A DNA stretch of 61,405 nt, filler included, from Sphacelaria rigidula (Eukaryota), in assembly GCA_964200075.2 (NCBI GenBank). It is 10 parts of 10 records of this genome, joined end to end, with 100 filler letters (N's around TTAATTAATTAA, not from the genome) between each part and the next. Parts side by side here need not be neighbours in the genome. Positions count along the whole stretch, not along the records: positions 6,152 to 12,202 come from CAXNAA020022569.1; positions 12,303 to 18,353 come from CAXNAA020022570.1; positions 18,454 to 24,504 come from CAXNAA020022571.1; 7 more parts are not named here. One strand, given 5' to 3'. Below are positions 10,757 to 22,899 of the stretch, one piece after another. Within the stretch, counting starts at the first letter, position 1. Every line of letters begins with the position of its first letter. The notes beneath the pieces are model-generated. The model saw only the letters and a program-made list of their open reading frames with translations, searched no databases and was not told the DNA's origin. A program made the position numbers and the translations under genes.

Positions 10757-11065
10757 ACTGTATCATAATAATATTATACCTTTCATTTTTGAGATCGAGG
10801 AGCATTTGTTTTACACTTCTTTTACAGGCTAGACCTGAGCGACAAAGGCACGCGTGGTTTCGCTGTGCCATCAGCACAGTGTGAATAAATTAATGGGCAC
10901 ATGTGACGAAGGGGCCGAAGGGGGACAAAATCACATGCATGCTCGAGCCGTAACAATGTTAGGCGTGACAAACGGAATACCGACCGACCGGCACTTTTCC
11001 CTTCCAAAACGGCATATATATTCTGATGACCCGAAATGAGACGTGATTTACGTTGTCTTTCTCTT

Positions 11066-11290
11066 GTTCAAAAAATAAAACCAACCAACCAACCATCCAA
11101 CCATCCAACCATCCATCCTCAAACAATCTTCAATTAATTAGTTAATTAAGTTAAATTAATACTATGTTATCCATCCGTATATTTAATAATTTCCCTCGTT
11201 CAAAAAATAAAACCAACCAACCAACCAACCATCCAACCATCCTCAAACAATATTTAAGTAATCAATTAAATAAATTAAATTAATAATTTA
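11066..11290 (+). repeat. Tandem duplication of a ~130-bp AT-rich unit containing a (CAAC/CATC)n microsatellite
   Basis: GTTCAAAAAATAAAACCAACCAACCAACC...CCTCAAACAAT occurs twice. Confidence 0.75.
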
Positions 11291-11812
11291 TCAAATCATA
11301 TATACTGGCAACTATAGATATTTAATAGCCTTTCGATGCGACATAACAACCCGCTTCAGCCTATAACTACTGACTACCCCGACAGGTACGAAGATTAATG
11401 TGACGAGTATTTATGGTACGGTTCTGCCGCAAAAAATAAATCACGCACGGCCATCTTTGAACAGGGTACGATCCTCTCACGTTACCGTGCATAATTGATA
11501 TACGTGCACGGCTGGCCGCTGCTACGCTTCATGCGCATTCTGGAGCGCGTCCCTGGCTCGGTTATCGGCAAGTTGAACTGCATGGGTACAACGTGACCGC
11601 ATGCTTACAAAGCGGATTATTACTCATCATATGGGGGGTCGACGCTCGCACAACGCAACAGCGCGTGCTATCCCCAACCGCTTCACGCTGCTATGCGCAC
11701 TTCTTTCAGCGCACCCATAATGTATCATAAGCTGAGGATTGTCTAGAATACGAATGTCATGTTGTACCAGCGACCACCCGTTGTATATATTCATCATCAT
11801 GAATCGAACGGT

Positions 11813-12083
11813 AAGTGATGCTACGATAGGGGGGGTGAGGGGGGTGAGGGGGGGGAGTTTATTCCACGAAAAACAGGGACTCAAAGATGCGCCAGACGAC
11901 CTAATCACCCGCGGTGCGTTTGTATTTGGGTGGAAACGATGTCAAGAGGTAAGTATGAGTGTCTTCTTATTGGTAACAAGCGCGCACGAACAACGTTGCT
12001 GCTGCCAAATACGATTTTGCGGTGGAATTGTTATGGAAGAAAATGCCTAAAGTCCCCCCCTCACCCCTATCGTAGCGCCACTG
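11813..12083. mobile_element. Second Sola2-like MITE subfamily (further ends at 12133-12202 and 24605-24619)
   Basis: TIRs (A)AGTGATGCTACGATAGG and CCTATCGTAGCGCCACT resemble the 10381 family. Flanks CGGT and CGGC. Confidence 0.55.
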
Positions 12084-12302
12084 CGGCGCAGAGAACAAGC
12101 GCACGCGACTGCGACAACCGCTCACATCAATAGAGTCATCCTACGATAGGGGGGGGGGTATTTGGTTGCACGAAAAAAGAGGCTCATAAGTGTGTCAGAC
12201 ATNNNNNNNNNNNNNNNNNNNNNNNNNNNNNNNNNNNNNNNNNNNNTTAATTAATTAANNNNNNNNNNNNNNNNNNNNNNNNNNNNNNNNNNNNNNNNNN
12301 NN

Positions 12303-12786
12303 GTAGAACGGCTGTTTCGAGTTCGCCTTGGTCGTGTCGTTGGAGGCACCAGGATCCCCTCCGAGCGGTCGGCTCCTCGGTGTAGTACGCATCATCCAAG
12401 CGAATCTTAAGGGGGCTCGGGTCATCAAGGAAAGGGATAAAGTAGGAGTGGTCAGATGCAGGGTCGACCGAATGAATTTTTCCCAACCACCACAGTGAAT
12501 CCAAAGCCTTATACCAAACATACGCCCCTTTCGGCAATCGTTTCACGCGGAAACACTGCATGTATTGTGAACGCGAAAGAAGGCTGTAGCCTGTCACAAC
12601 TAACCGCGCTGAGTGTTCACGTGCCAGTTCCCGAGCGGCAGCTCCCTTGCGCATCGACCGATATTTCTTATGCAACGGGCGGTGTTGGACGGCATCTCCT
12701 ACCCAGTGCAGCAATATTTCCCGATGAAAGTGACGTAAATCAACTTCACGCTCCCATGTAACACGCATGATACCCTTCCAATGTGT
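12303..12786 (-). pseudogene. Integrase C-terminal extension: chromodomain-like segment plus Tudor-like beta domain
   Basis: MY*THWKGIMRVTWEREVDL (chromo-like), then LPKGAYVWYKALDSLWWLGKIHSV...YFIPFLDD. Confidence 0.55.
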
Positions 12787-14472
12787 TTAATACATTACCG
12801 CTATCTTACCTCCACGACCGTAAACCAGTTGATGGCCCGAAATCCTATCTACCTCAACGCGATCCAGGGGTGCGTCCACACCCTCGACCGTCATATGATA
12901 CGGCGGAGTTTTGATCGCATACTTGGTCAACACATACTCGCTAAGCCCTAGCGGCAGTTGTTTGGGCATGTCGGAGGAGTCATGAAGGGGGATACACGGT
13001 TTGCATCGTAGCATCGAGACGCGATTTTCCGGTTTCAAACCAGGTTCATCCGTGGGAAAATCTAAATACAAAAGTTTCGCCCCCACCGGACTCTTGTCGG
13101 GTGCGGTAGCGCTTGGACCAACAGCTAAAATTTCCCAAGGACCAGTCCAATTCAGGAATGGTTTCGCCTTCAACATTTTGTCCAAAGACGATGATTTCGA
13201 GCTAGCCCCTTGATTGATGGTCTTCACATCGTTGTACACCCATGCCCATTCGCCTACCTTCCACACCGGGCGGTTATGTACCACATCATCCGATATCGAG
13301 TTCGCTCTCGCCACCTTGGCCAAATTGATTTGGTTCTGTTCTGGTACCACTTCATATGCAAGACGAAGGCGATTGCTAACCGACAAATGATACTCTACAA
13401 CATCACGATCTAGACTCTGATGCCCGCCTGTATTTTCGCGTTCGAATACCATTAAAGGTAACCTGGGCATGCGTCCGACATGAATTTCATTCGGCGACAA
13501 TCCCGGAGCGGCGTTGACCGAATGGTTGTAGTTCATTTGGACAAGGGGCAGGTGCAGGTCCCAGTCCATCTGTCTCTTATTTGCTACAGCAGCAAGCATC
13601 TGTGCCATCGTATGGTTCACTCTTTCCGTTCCACCATCGGTGGAAGGGTGATATGAACTAGTAAAAATACGATGGGCACCCAAATGGTCACTGACGGCGG
13701 CTGAAAATTTGCCTGAAAAATGCGGGCCGTTGTCAGACAATAAGCGTTTGGGCACACCCCACTGTGGGATGTACATGTAGACAAGAATGTTGGCGGTACC
13801 TTCCGCGGTATAACTACTGAGGGGGACGGCGTGCATCACCGCATGTCGACTAAATCTATCCGTAAACAAGAAAATATACTTATTTCCACTCTCCGTCAGG
13901 AGCAAAGGACCAAAAAAGTCCCACGAAACTACTTCACCAGGTCCGTTTGGGAGTGGCATGGGAACAATCGGCCAACGAACTGTTTGATGAGAAGGTTTTC
14001 GCGCCTGACACAAAAGACAACGCCTCACCCACCAACGACAACACTGATCCATATAAATCCACCAATAATAACGTTCCAACATCTGGGAGGTCCTAATGGT
14101 GCCTAAATGAGTCGATGCCTGTGAATGACATTCGTGTAGAACCCATGGGCGCAGGAGCATCGGGACATAGATGCGGATGGGTTCATTACCGAGCAAGCGG
14201 GCATGTCGACTTGTAGGCTTCCCCCTGGGGAGTGCTGCTGTGGGCCGGCGAACTAACAGAACTATACCATCATCATCCGTATGTAGCATACCTTTCCTTG
14301 GAAGTTCAGTAGCATCATCCTGTGTGGGCGCTTTGAGAGTCCCGACTGGCAAAAGGAATTTGGTTTCTGAGAATGGACATGGGCAACCTTTGGGTAGGAA
14401 ATGGATAGCTGATTTACAAGCAGGTTCTGCCTGTTGTTCCCGGGCCCAATCGGCGTGGGAGAAGAGAGTCAA
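12787..14472 (-). pseudogene. Gypsy integrase (zinc finger, DDE core, GPY/F region, start of chromodomain)
   Basis: 561-aa ORF with HECH...HLG...CLLC, the rve core and WTGPW. The stop is in frame with the next ORF. Confidence 0.9.
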
Positions 14473-15133
14473 ACGGTCCTTGAATACACTATATGTTGAA
14501 GCGGCTACTTCGTGTTGGATTGGTTCGGGGCGGGGTTGGCACGAAGCGGTGTTTCGGAATCAAGGGTGAGCCTACCAGTCGGTGTACTCTCAGACGGAAC
14601 GTTAACGTCTTCTCCTGCGACGATTAGCGTGGAGGGTGTTGCGGTGGTGTTTGCAATATCATCACCAAGGGAGGGGGGCACAGCCGTGGTTTCGGCTATG
14701 GTTGGCAGGGACAGCACGGTCGGGGTCAATTTTCTGGGGGCCTTGCGTCGCGGAGGCTGTGGAGGCGCAAGGAAACTATCGGTGGCCGGGGTGGGGGCAG
14801 GGAGAGGAAGGTCAGGACCAGATAAGGCTAATTTGGTGGCCGCTTCGGCGGTTCGCCGTTCACGAGTCCTACTCGAAATCAAATCTCGAACTTGAACTGG
14901 TAAGACGGAGTCAGCAAAGGACGGTTCTACACCTGCTGCGAACACCATGCGCTGGCCAGTTGCACGAAAATGATCATAACCAACAGTATTCGTAGACAGT
15001 CCATTCCAAACTGAATACAACGATTGAGGTTGCAAGCTGCCCAAAACTGATGCGTGGGCTGTGGTCGTCAGCCCACCCATGCCTAAAGCCGGCGTTTCTC
15101 TCAGTGAAAGTGGTGTGTAGAGACCTCTATGTC

Positions 15134-15479
15134 AATTCCTGATTTATTTCCTTTTTTTTCTTATTTTTTTTTTCCCTCACACTTTGAACCCCTCCCCTTC
15201 CTTGGGATGAGTCCGTGGTCTCAAGGATCAACCCATCTCTCCCCCGGTACGTGCCTTTCATTTTTGATCCCGCGGATTGGATTGCCACTCCCGCACCGCG
15301 TCAACTCACCTGACACAAACCCAGTCGACTATTTTGTTCACTCACGTTCTCACGCTTTCCACGGTAGAAATCATACATTACGAAGAAAATACCCAACGCA
15401 TCGGGAGTCGAACCCCCGTTCTCCCCACCCTAATGGCGACAGTCGGACCATTACACCACCGGCGCTTATGAAATATACA
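15134..15479 (-). mobile_element. tRNA-derived SINE family B inserted in the Gypsy pol
   Basis: Minus-strand A box TGGTGTAATGG and B box GGTTCGACTCC. Flanked by ATGTC at 15129-15133 and 15480-15484. Confidence 0.75.
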
Positions 15480-15529
15480 ATGTCTTCGGTGGGATCGGTG
15501 ATACGTCCCATGGGGGATTCATCGATAGG

Positions 15530-16830
15530 TTGTGCTGGTGTGGGCAAGCGTTACAGAAAGTCGGCGTATGCATTCTGGGGACCTGTGCGGTACTTCAGTT
15601 GAAAGTTGTAAGACGACAGGATTTCGAACCAGCATTGGACCCTAGCATTGTGTTCCGCCATTTTGGCAAGGCTTTCCAAAGACTTATGATCGGTATCAAT
15701 CACAAACGGGATGTCATACAAATACTGACGCAGACGTCGCACACCCCAAACAACTGCGCCGACCTCTTGTTCCATGACAGACCAATTCTGTTCATTCGGA
15801 AAAGTGGTGCGACTCAGATAGACAATGGGACGAACAGTAGCATCGACTTGCTCCTGTTCTAATGTGCAGCCAAACCCAATTTGGAAGAATCTGTGTGGAG
15901 CCGGAAAGGGCGGGAACCCTGCTCCGCGGCCGACCAGTCGGGGAAGACGAGAATCGGCGGGCGCGAAAGGGTGTCAAGAAGGCGGCGGACGGTTTTTTCC
16001 ATCTCCAATGTGAACACAAATTTCACCCCTTTTTTGAGGAGGGTGATGAGGGGTTTTAGCGTTTGGGCAAGGTTTGGCAAGTACTGTCTGTGGTAGCTTA
16101 GACCTCCCAACAAGGAACGCAGTTGAGAAATGTCCGTGGTATGGACATATCGGAGAGTGCGACGACCTTGTCGCGGTTTGGGATATGACCTTCGGGGGTG
16201 ATGCGATGACCCTAGAACTCAATCTTCGTGGCGCCAATGCGGGATTTGGAGGGAGCGAGTTTCAAGTTGTGTTGTTCAAACCGATTAAAGAATGCTACCA
16301 ACTGTTCGATGTGTTCAGCCGGAGTGGAGTCGTGGCACACCGCATCATCAAGGTTCATATGGCATTCGGGCAATCCATTAGTTACACGGAACATTACACG
16401 TTGAAACGCACCTGGAGCTGCGGCGGCACCTTGTGGTGTAACCAGCCACTCGTTTAAACCTGATGGCGTGCAAAACGCTGTCAGCTCAATGGAATTTGAA
16501 TCCATCACGAGCTCGTGGTAGCCGGACTGCATGTCACAGTTTGAAAATACTTTACCCCCGCCAAGAGAGTCAATAATTTCATCAACCCGTGGAAGTGGCA
16601 GCCGGGCGATTTTGATGACAGCGTTTAATCGTTGATAATTGACCGTCAGTCTGGTTTTGCCATTCTTCTTACGGATGACTACTAAAGGCGAGGCTCACGG
16701 AGACGTCGAGTGCCGAATTAAACCGGCGGATAGGTAACCATCGAGAACTACCTGGATCTTATCCGCTAAGAGGGGGTTCGTACGGTACGGACGCATAGCG
16801 ATAGGCGTAGTGCCATCAGAAATCTTGATC
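15530..16830 (-). pseudogene. Gypsy reverse transcriptase and RNase H (frameshifted)
   Basis: ORFs 16212-16532, 15859-16113 and 15551-15775 carry RT/RH motifs. An in-frame TGA at 16695 replaces the W of SPWASP. Confidence 0.9.
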
Positions 16831-17300
16831 TTAAACGGTGTCGTGGTACATCGACCTAAACCCAAGGGTGCAGTAGAAAACCGTTCAGAATATCTAATCA
16901 AGATGGATCTCAATCTATCCATTACAGTGGGTGTCCAACCATCGCCAGATAAATCAAAAACAATATGCCGTAAGTGAGAGGGAATGTCATCCCACAACGT
17001 TTGAAAACTGGCGCGTTGTTCTGGAGAAAATCTATCCAGTACTGCAGTTGAGGGTTGAGGGCCAGGCGCATCCGGTGGATTTGTCACCACCATGGGGTCA
17101 GGCATGTGTAGCGGAGGGGAACCCGTGGATTTCGGGGGGTCGGTCGGCAAGTTGTTGTTCGCCGGGGGGCACACATCTGACAGGGCGGTTCGTATGATAG
17201 GCGCTTGAGCATAACCCAACAACTGACCGTTGAGTATATCGAAGCATGCAGGGGACGTGAGGTAAATGGCCTGCCTACCTTCGTCGACAAAGACTTCGGT

Positions 17301-17894
17301 CTATTCAAACGGACCAACCTGTGCTTGGTCAGGTTTGACCAATTCGACCAAATAATGTCCTGTGAGGGTGGGCGATCCATTTTGTCTCACGAGGTTCACT
17401 TGGATAAGTTGGGATTCACGAGAAAGCGAGACTACAGGTTCACCAACATAGTACAGACGGAAAGCATTACCTGTTCGCGTGGGGTCATTCTCATAAGCAT
17501 GAGCTCCCCAATCAGTGTCGAAGTGACCCAGTGACAGTTTGCCTGTGACTAGACCGTTCGGGACAGGTGTGTCCGTCGTGTACGTGTGTGTGGAAAAACG
17601 AAGCCAACTATCTCGGCCCAACGAAACGTCAAAAGACATGGAACCGTCGGACACTATTAGTGCCCATACGGACAACCGAGCAGTGTGAGTAGTATCCTGG
17701 TAGAATTGTACACTTAGTCTCACCAGTTGATTGACCGTAAGAGATATGGAGGAACCAAACCCACCAAGAACACGAGGGCGCACGGTGGACAGACAAAGCT
17801 CGTCCGCCGCACCCGCGTTGATCATGTATTGCCAGCAACTGGCTGTAATGAACGTTCGAGGTGAACCAGAGTCTGGTAGTGCAAGAGCTATCAA
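17301..17894 (-). pseudogene. Gypsy aspartic protease region
   Basis: ALPDSGSPRTFI...FDVSLGRDSW (retropepsin DSG and LGRD motifs). Confidence 0.75.
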
Positions 17895-17924
17895 ATGACA
17901 GTTTGTACGCGCTCCACTATGTAA

Positions 17925-18182
17925 GAGTGATGCTGCGATAGGGTCAGCATTTTTGGGGCCAAAACCGGCCTGATTCAGGGGTTCCTCAAATTAGGAACTA
18001 CGCAAGAATATGGGTGAGGATATCCCCGTTTGCAAATTCATTAGGGATATCCCCAGCAAATTGGAAGAAAAACCCTGGCGTATTCTCACCTATTTCGAAA
18101 GTCGTGTTTTGGATGAGATAAAGGGTTCCCAACAATTCTTATCTCAGGCCGTAAAAGTGCTGACCCTACCGCAGTATCACTC
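17925..18182. mobile_element. Sola2-like MITE, TSD GTAA (a partial further copy at 18284-18353)
   Basis: GTAA|GAGTGATGCTGCGATAGGGTCAGCA...TGCTGACCCTACCGCAGTATCACTC|GTAA. Internal homology to 10381-10636 (inverted). Confidence 0.75.
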
Positions 18183-18516
18183 GTAAACCTATCTTGGTCG
18201 TAAAAGAAGCATCATCCATAGTTGCAGTATCACTGACGAGATCAGGCCCGAATTTGGGTAAGACACCTGACACCTCCTGCTTTGAGTAATGCTACGGTAG
18301 GTGTGCACTTTATTCGCAAAATTATGTCTAGTTCAGGGGCTCCTAACGATTCTNNNNNNNNNNNNNNNNNNNNNNNNNNNNNNNNNNNNNNNNNNNNTTA
18401 ATTAATTAANNNNNNNNNNNNNNNNNNNNNNNNNNNNNNNNNNNNNNNNNNNNATATCGTCATCGACACGCGTGTACATCGCACTTCGTTGGGTACACCT
18501 AGCCAGAGTTGCTTAA

Positions 18517-18618
18517 CCCTTGGACCGCGGTGCCCGTAGCCCATCTGGACCACGTGCACTTTTTTCAAGTGAATATTGATGCCGATTCAGCAGGTGACCT
18601 ACTCTCGCGGTCTAACGG
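18517..18618. mobile_element. piggyBac-like MITE copy (inverted)
   Basis: TTAA|CCCTTGGACCGCG...CGCGGTCTAACGG|TCAA. Confidence 0.65.
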
Positions 18619-19034
18619 TCAACTCCTGCTGCGGAGGTTTGGGAAGGAAGATACTTTCGCTCTGTCTTACTCTTTCGTATCTTCCCTGCAATAGGGAAAT
18701 GAGATTTCAACCTCATTTTTTGTTTCAACCCCAAAATTTAATATCGGCTGTTAAATCCTCTCCAAGGCTGGCCCAGCTCGTATCGATCGTTGGTGACGGA
18801 TTGCGGCACGTGCGCCGACAGGAAATTATTGATCGTGGGCAGTCGTGACAAGGTGGTGCTCCCCGCCCTCAACTCGCACTCACTTTCCTCACCTCTACCC
18901 ACCAATTTTCCTCCGTGTGAATTGTAATAGTAATAAAGACTCAACACGCATCATCTTCATCTTCTAACTAACTACAAATGGGTAGTATTGTGTCTAGGCA
19001 CAGCACGGGGCTGTTGTTGCTACACCGCCATCTG

Positions 19035-19435
19035 TGTGCAGATTATGTATTGGACATATATATCATACGTAGATTCTCGGGCATGTAGTCAACCAGCCTC
19101 GTAGGAGCCAGTACGGTTCAGTACAAAGTGCCAACAGGAACGGTCTGGGAACCAGTACTGTAGCCAGTGTTCAGTCGAACCAGAACGGCTCCGCAGCTCT
19201 ATATTGTAAGCGCTATATAGGGACTTGGGGCTGAGATTCAGAAAGAGAATAATCAGATAGAGCTGTGCACCAGCAGGCGACGTCTGATTGGATAATGAAG
19301 AGCATGACGATGCAGCGCCCCACTCGGGTCCGTCGTCTGCTGAACCCATGAAGATCTCTCGTGACAATTGCCTTGCTTCGCATCAAGACGGTGCACTGCG
19401 AGGAAGCGCGCCACGGCGACATCAAACACCTCACA
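19035..19435 (+). repeat. 5' LTR
   Basis: TGTGCAGATTATGTATTGGAC...AAACACCTCACA, direct repeat of 21527-21921. Confidence 0.85.
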
Positions 19436-21526
19436 GGTGCATAGGTTCGTGAGCCTCGAGGAGTTTGGAGGCAGATCCGCGCAACTTGCCAGTCTGGACT
19501 GGCGCTCGTGGGCACTCGCAAAAATCATGGGACGCATGGAGACTTTCCATCGTTGGGTACGTAGGGGGGAAGGGACTTTACTCCTTGCTGCGACCGGATT
19601 ACACCACACCGGCCGTTCCGACAGCGACGACAACACTCGCCCAGCGTAGGGCGTATGAAACGCACCAACGCAATGTACAGTCCTTGTGATTCCTCTTGGC
19701 ACAGGCTACCAAAGGATCAGCCGCAGCCATCGTCGCACGATGCGAGCACGGCGGCAACCCTGACGGCAGGAAAGCCTGGCTGGAGATTGAACGGATCTAC
19801 GAAGGACGTGCACAGAAACAGCAGCCTGTGGAACTACTTGTGTTGGAACGAAGACTGCGGGATCTCCAATGCAATTCTGCAGAATTATCAGCAGGTTTTA
19901 TGGTGAAGCTGGACACCATCTGGGGGAATTCGAAGCGCTTAAAAGCGCCAAAGCCGACGAGACTAAGAGGGCAGCCCTTTTACTCGAGATCAAGGAGGCG
20001 GGCGCTTCCACAAGTATTTATCTAGCTAACAACCCAGCCAGGTATGATCTACGATGAGCTTAAATGGGCGGTCGTAGTATCACCAGCATACCTAACGTCT
20101 GACATGGAACGCCGCGATGAGGCAGTAGCGTTCCAATCGAGAACCGACGGCAACAAAACCGACTCGGGGCTCAATAGCAATCAATGCGCCTATTTTTTAA
20201 AGCGAAATCATAGGTGGCGGAATTGTCGCTCCTATCTTAACGGCAAACCTCCGGCTAAACGACCGCCGGGGATGAGCCCTGCACTAACGTTCCCACCTCC
20301 TCCACAAAGCGGTAGAAGTAATGGGAGGAGGGACAGACCGAGGGCATTCATGACGTCGAACGTGGTGGTCGAAGATGAGCGAGTAGTATCCATGTGCACG
20401 TCGACCAACAGTGACACAGAGGTATCGATTCCCTGCGACTCGGGAGCAAATGTCCATATGACTCACTGGAAACAGGCCATCTCAAGAACACACGTACGGT
20501 CGATCGAAGTTGTACATTTGAGAACAAGGGACAACTGCAGGCACTGGCAACGGGAGAAATCCCATTGCACGTGGGCGTTCGGGGGAAGGAGGCCCCAGCA
20601 AAGGGTACACTGAAGGACGTACCTTGGGTCCCTGGACTACCTTGCCGGCGGCTGAGTACCGGAACGATGCGACGTGACGGAGAAGAATTCGTGGATTCCG
20701 GCAGGAAGGAGAGCTACCTTCAGTTCAGAGAGGGCGGGTCGAAGATCCCCCTAGCCGAGAATAGAAAGTTCCTAACCCTGTCGGCATCGTTGCAGGGAGA
20801 TGGCAAACATGTGGTGTCGGCGCACGCTTCGTTCGTGAACAAGAAGCAGCGCTTCACACTGAAGCAGTGGCACGACACCTTAGGATACATCGATCCCACT
20901 GCCATAAAACACCTCGAGAAGCGTGGGCTGATCGATATTACTGATACCACGGTGGTGTCCGAGATGCGCTGCAGCTTCTGCAAGGAATGCAAGTCCGACT
21001 CGCTCAGCTACGGCCGCGGCGGCAGGAGTCTCAAAGCACCAGGTGAAGTTATTGCACAGTGACCTTGAAGGGCCTTTCCACGCCGATGTCATGGGCATGG
21101 AATACCTCCAGATGATCATGAAAAAGTCCGAATCACGGAACCAACAGAGATGCTGGGCGATAATGAAGGGGCGAAGCTCGAGAATAGTTGCGTGCCAAGC
21201 GCGGACGATTCTACCCTCGACCAAGAAGCAAAGGAACACTCCGCGGCGAAGGAAGCGACAGAGGTAGTGGAGGAACCACCGGAAGGTGCATGATGCATGC
21301 TACTAATGGACACCCTCGCGCAAAACCGACAAACGTTCAAGTCGCCGTTCTCGACGAAGTGTGTCTAAATGCAAAAGGCGGCGGAGGTCGGGACGAGTCC
21401 GGAGGGTCCAGGTCTACCACGCGACTTTGACGGCATTCGAAGAAAAGATTCATTTGTCTCATATCTAGCACGTTGGGTGTGACCATATCAGCTCTCAGGT
21501 GTTACCGCTATACGATCATGGGGAAG

Positions 21527-21921
21527 TGTACAGGTTATGTATTGGACGTGGATATCATACGTAGATTCTCGGGCATGTACCGTAGGAGCCAGTACGGTTC
21601 AGTACAAAGTGCCAACAGGAACGGTCCGGGAACCAGTACTGTAGCCAGTGTTCAGTCGAACCAGAACGGCTCCGCAGCTCTATATTGTAAGCTCTATATA
21701 GGATAGGGACTTGGGGCTGAGATTCAGAGAGAGAAGAATCAGATAGAGTTGTACACCAGCGGGCGACGTCTGATTGGATAATGAAGAGCATGGCGATGCA
21801 GCGCCCCACTCGGGCCCGTCGTCTGCTGAACCCATGAAGATCTCTCGTGACAATTGCCTTGCTTCGCATCAAGACGGTGCACTGCAAGGAAGCGCGCCAC
21901 GGCGACATCAAACACCTCACA
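21527..21921 (+). repeat. 3' LTR
   Basis: TGTACAGGTTATGTATTGGAC...AAACACCTCACA. Confidence 0.85.
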
Positions 21922-22446
21922 GATGATTGAATCTGGTCAACACGATCATTCGAGTATGAGCCAATGTCCCGCCATTTTACCGTCAAGTACAAATTCCATA
22001 TTCTCACATTTCTGCTGTAACCATCAGACTCTCTCAGGTTCTTGACCCCAAATATTTCTTCTTCGTAGAGCCTCTGGGTGTAGCTTTAAAGTGGCTATGC
22101 GCCCCGCTTCTTTCTACTCGGATCTCCGTTGCGGAAGGTCTCGCTCCGAGATTGCTCCGAAAACAAAAAAATCCGGCGGGAAAACCCGTTTATCGTCCGT
22201 ATGGGGTTTGCCACCGGCAATCCGTCATCCGCCCGGGACAAGACCCTCCACCCCGAGAATATACCATTTGACAGCCCGCAGGCCAGCCTGTCCTCGACCG
22301 GCATAAAGATAGTCGTGTAGAAGATGCCGCGATATAAGATGCGTTGGTGACCGTGTTATTGCCTGACGAAACACCGCAAAATGACCTGAGGTGATCCTCA
22401 CGTGGTCGGCGAAGGATGCACACAAGTACGAGTACCCACCCGTTGC

Positions 22447-22899
22447 TCATGTCGCTCGTAGCGCCGTAGCTGTTCCGACATCGTCAGATCCCTGAGAACG
22501 AGTGTTATCATGGAGTGGTCTGGCGATGACTGAGCGTTGGAACAAAATCAAGCCAGCGCGACTTGAAACTCTCAGGTTCCTGAAGGGTTCTCGGTCGGCG
22601 ACTGAGAAGTGTGCTCGGCCCCCAATGAAATGGCGAAAGAGGAAAGTTGACAGAGTCGTCGTCGTCAGTTCATTCGTTGTGATTCGTGAGCTACATTTTT
22701 GCAGGGAGAGACAGCGCAGGTGCTGATAGCATCGGAACGCATCACTGGCGATGTGGTTTCGGTCCGACGCCTTACGATAGTTGAGTGTAGCTATTTGGAC
22801 TTGATTTTTCCTTTTTGCGCGGGACAAACCGCTCTTCATTTGTGCTCGTCTCTGGAGCGCCGGTGGGAGCTCGGTACGTTGGGGGCACTGCAGCAGCAA
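22447..22899 (-). pseudogene. Possible relic of a LINE apurinic endonuclease N-terminus
   Basis: VQIATLNYRK...LSLQK resembles the APE start motif (IATxNxR...LQE). Downstream motifs not recognised. Confidence 0.25.

Larger units (their letters stand above)
12303..18283 (-). mobile_element. Degenerate Ty3/Gypsy LTR retrotransposon pol (PR-RT-RH-INT-chromo-like-Tudor-like); LTRs outside the contig
   Basis: Domain order PR (LPDSGS), RT (TAFCTPSG...PQG...NLDD), RH (LHTDSS, FVIDTDHKSL), INT (H-H-C-C, SWDFFGP, LLSDNG, GTERVN). Multiple stops and frameshifts. Confidence 0.95.
19035..21921 (+). mobile_element. Internally deleted Ty1/Copia LTR retrotransposon (gag, protease, integrase start; no RT)
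   Basis: Two ~400-bp TG...CA direct repeats. Gag (DGRKAWLEIERIY), degenerate zinc knuckle (CAYFLKRNHRWRNC), protease CDSGANVHMT, GAG-pre-integrase WHDTLGY...CSFC, and LHSDLEGP. Purine tract GGGGAAG before the 3' LTR. Confidence 0.9.
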
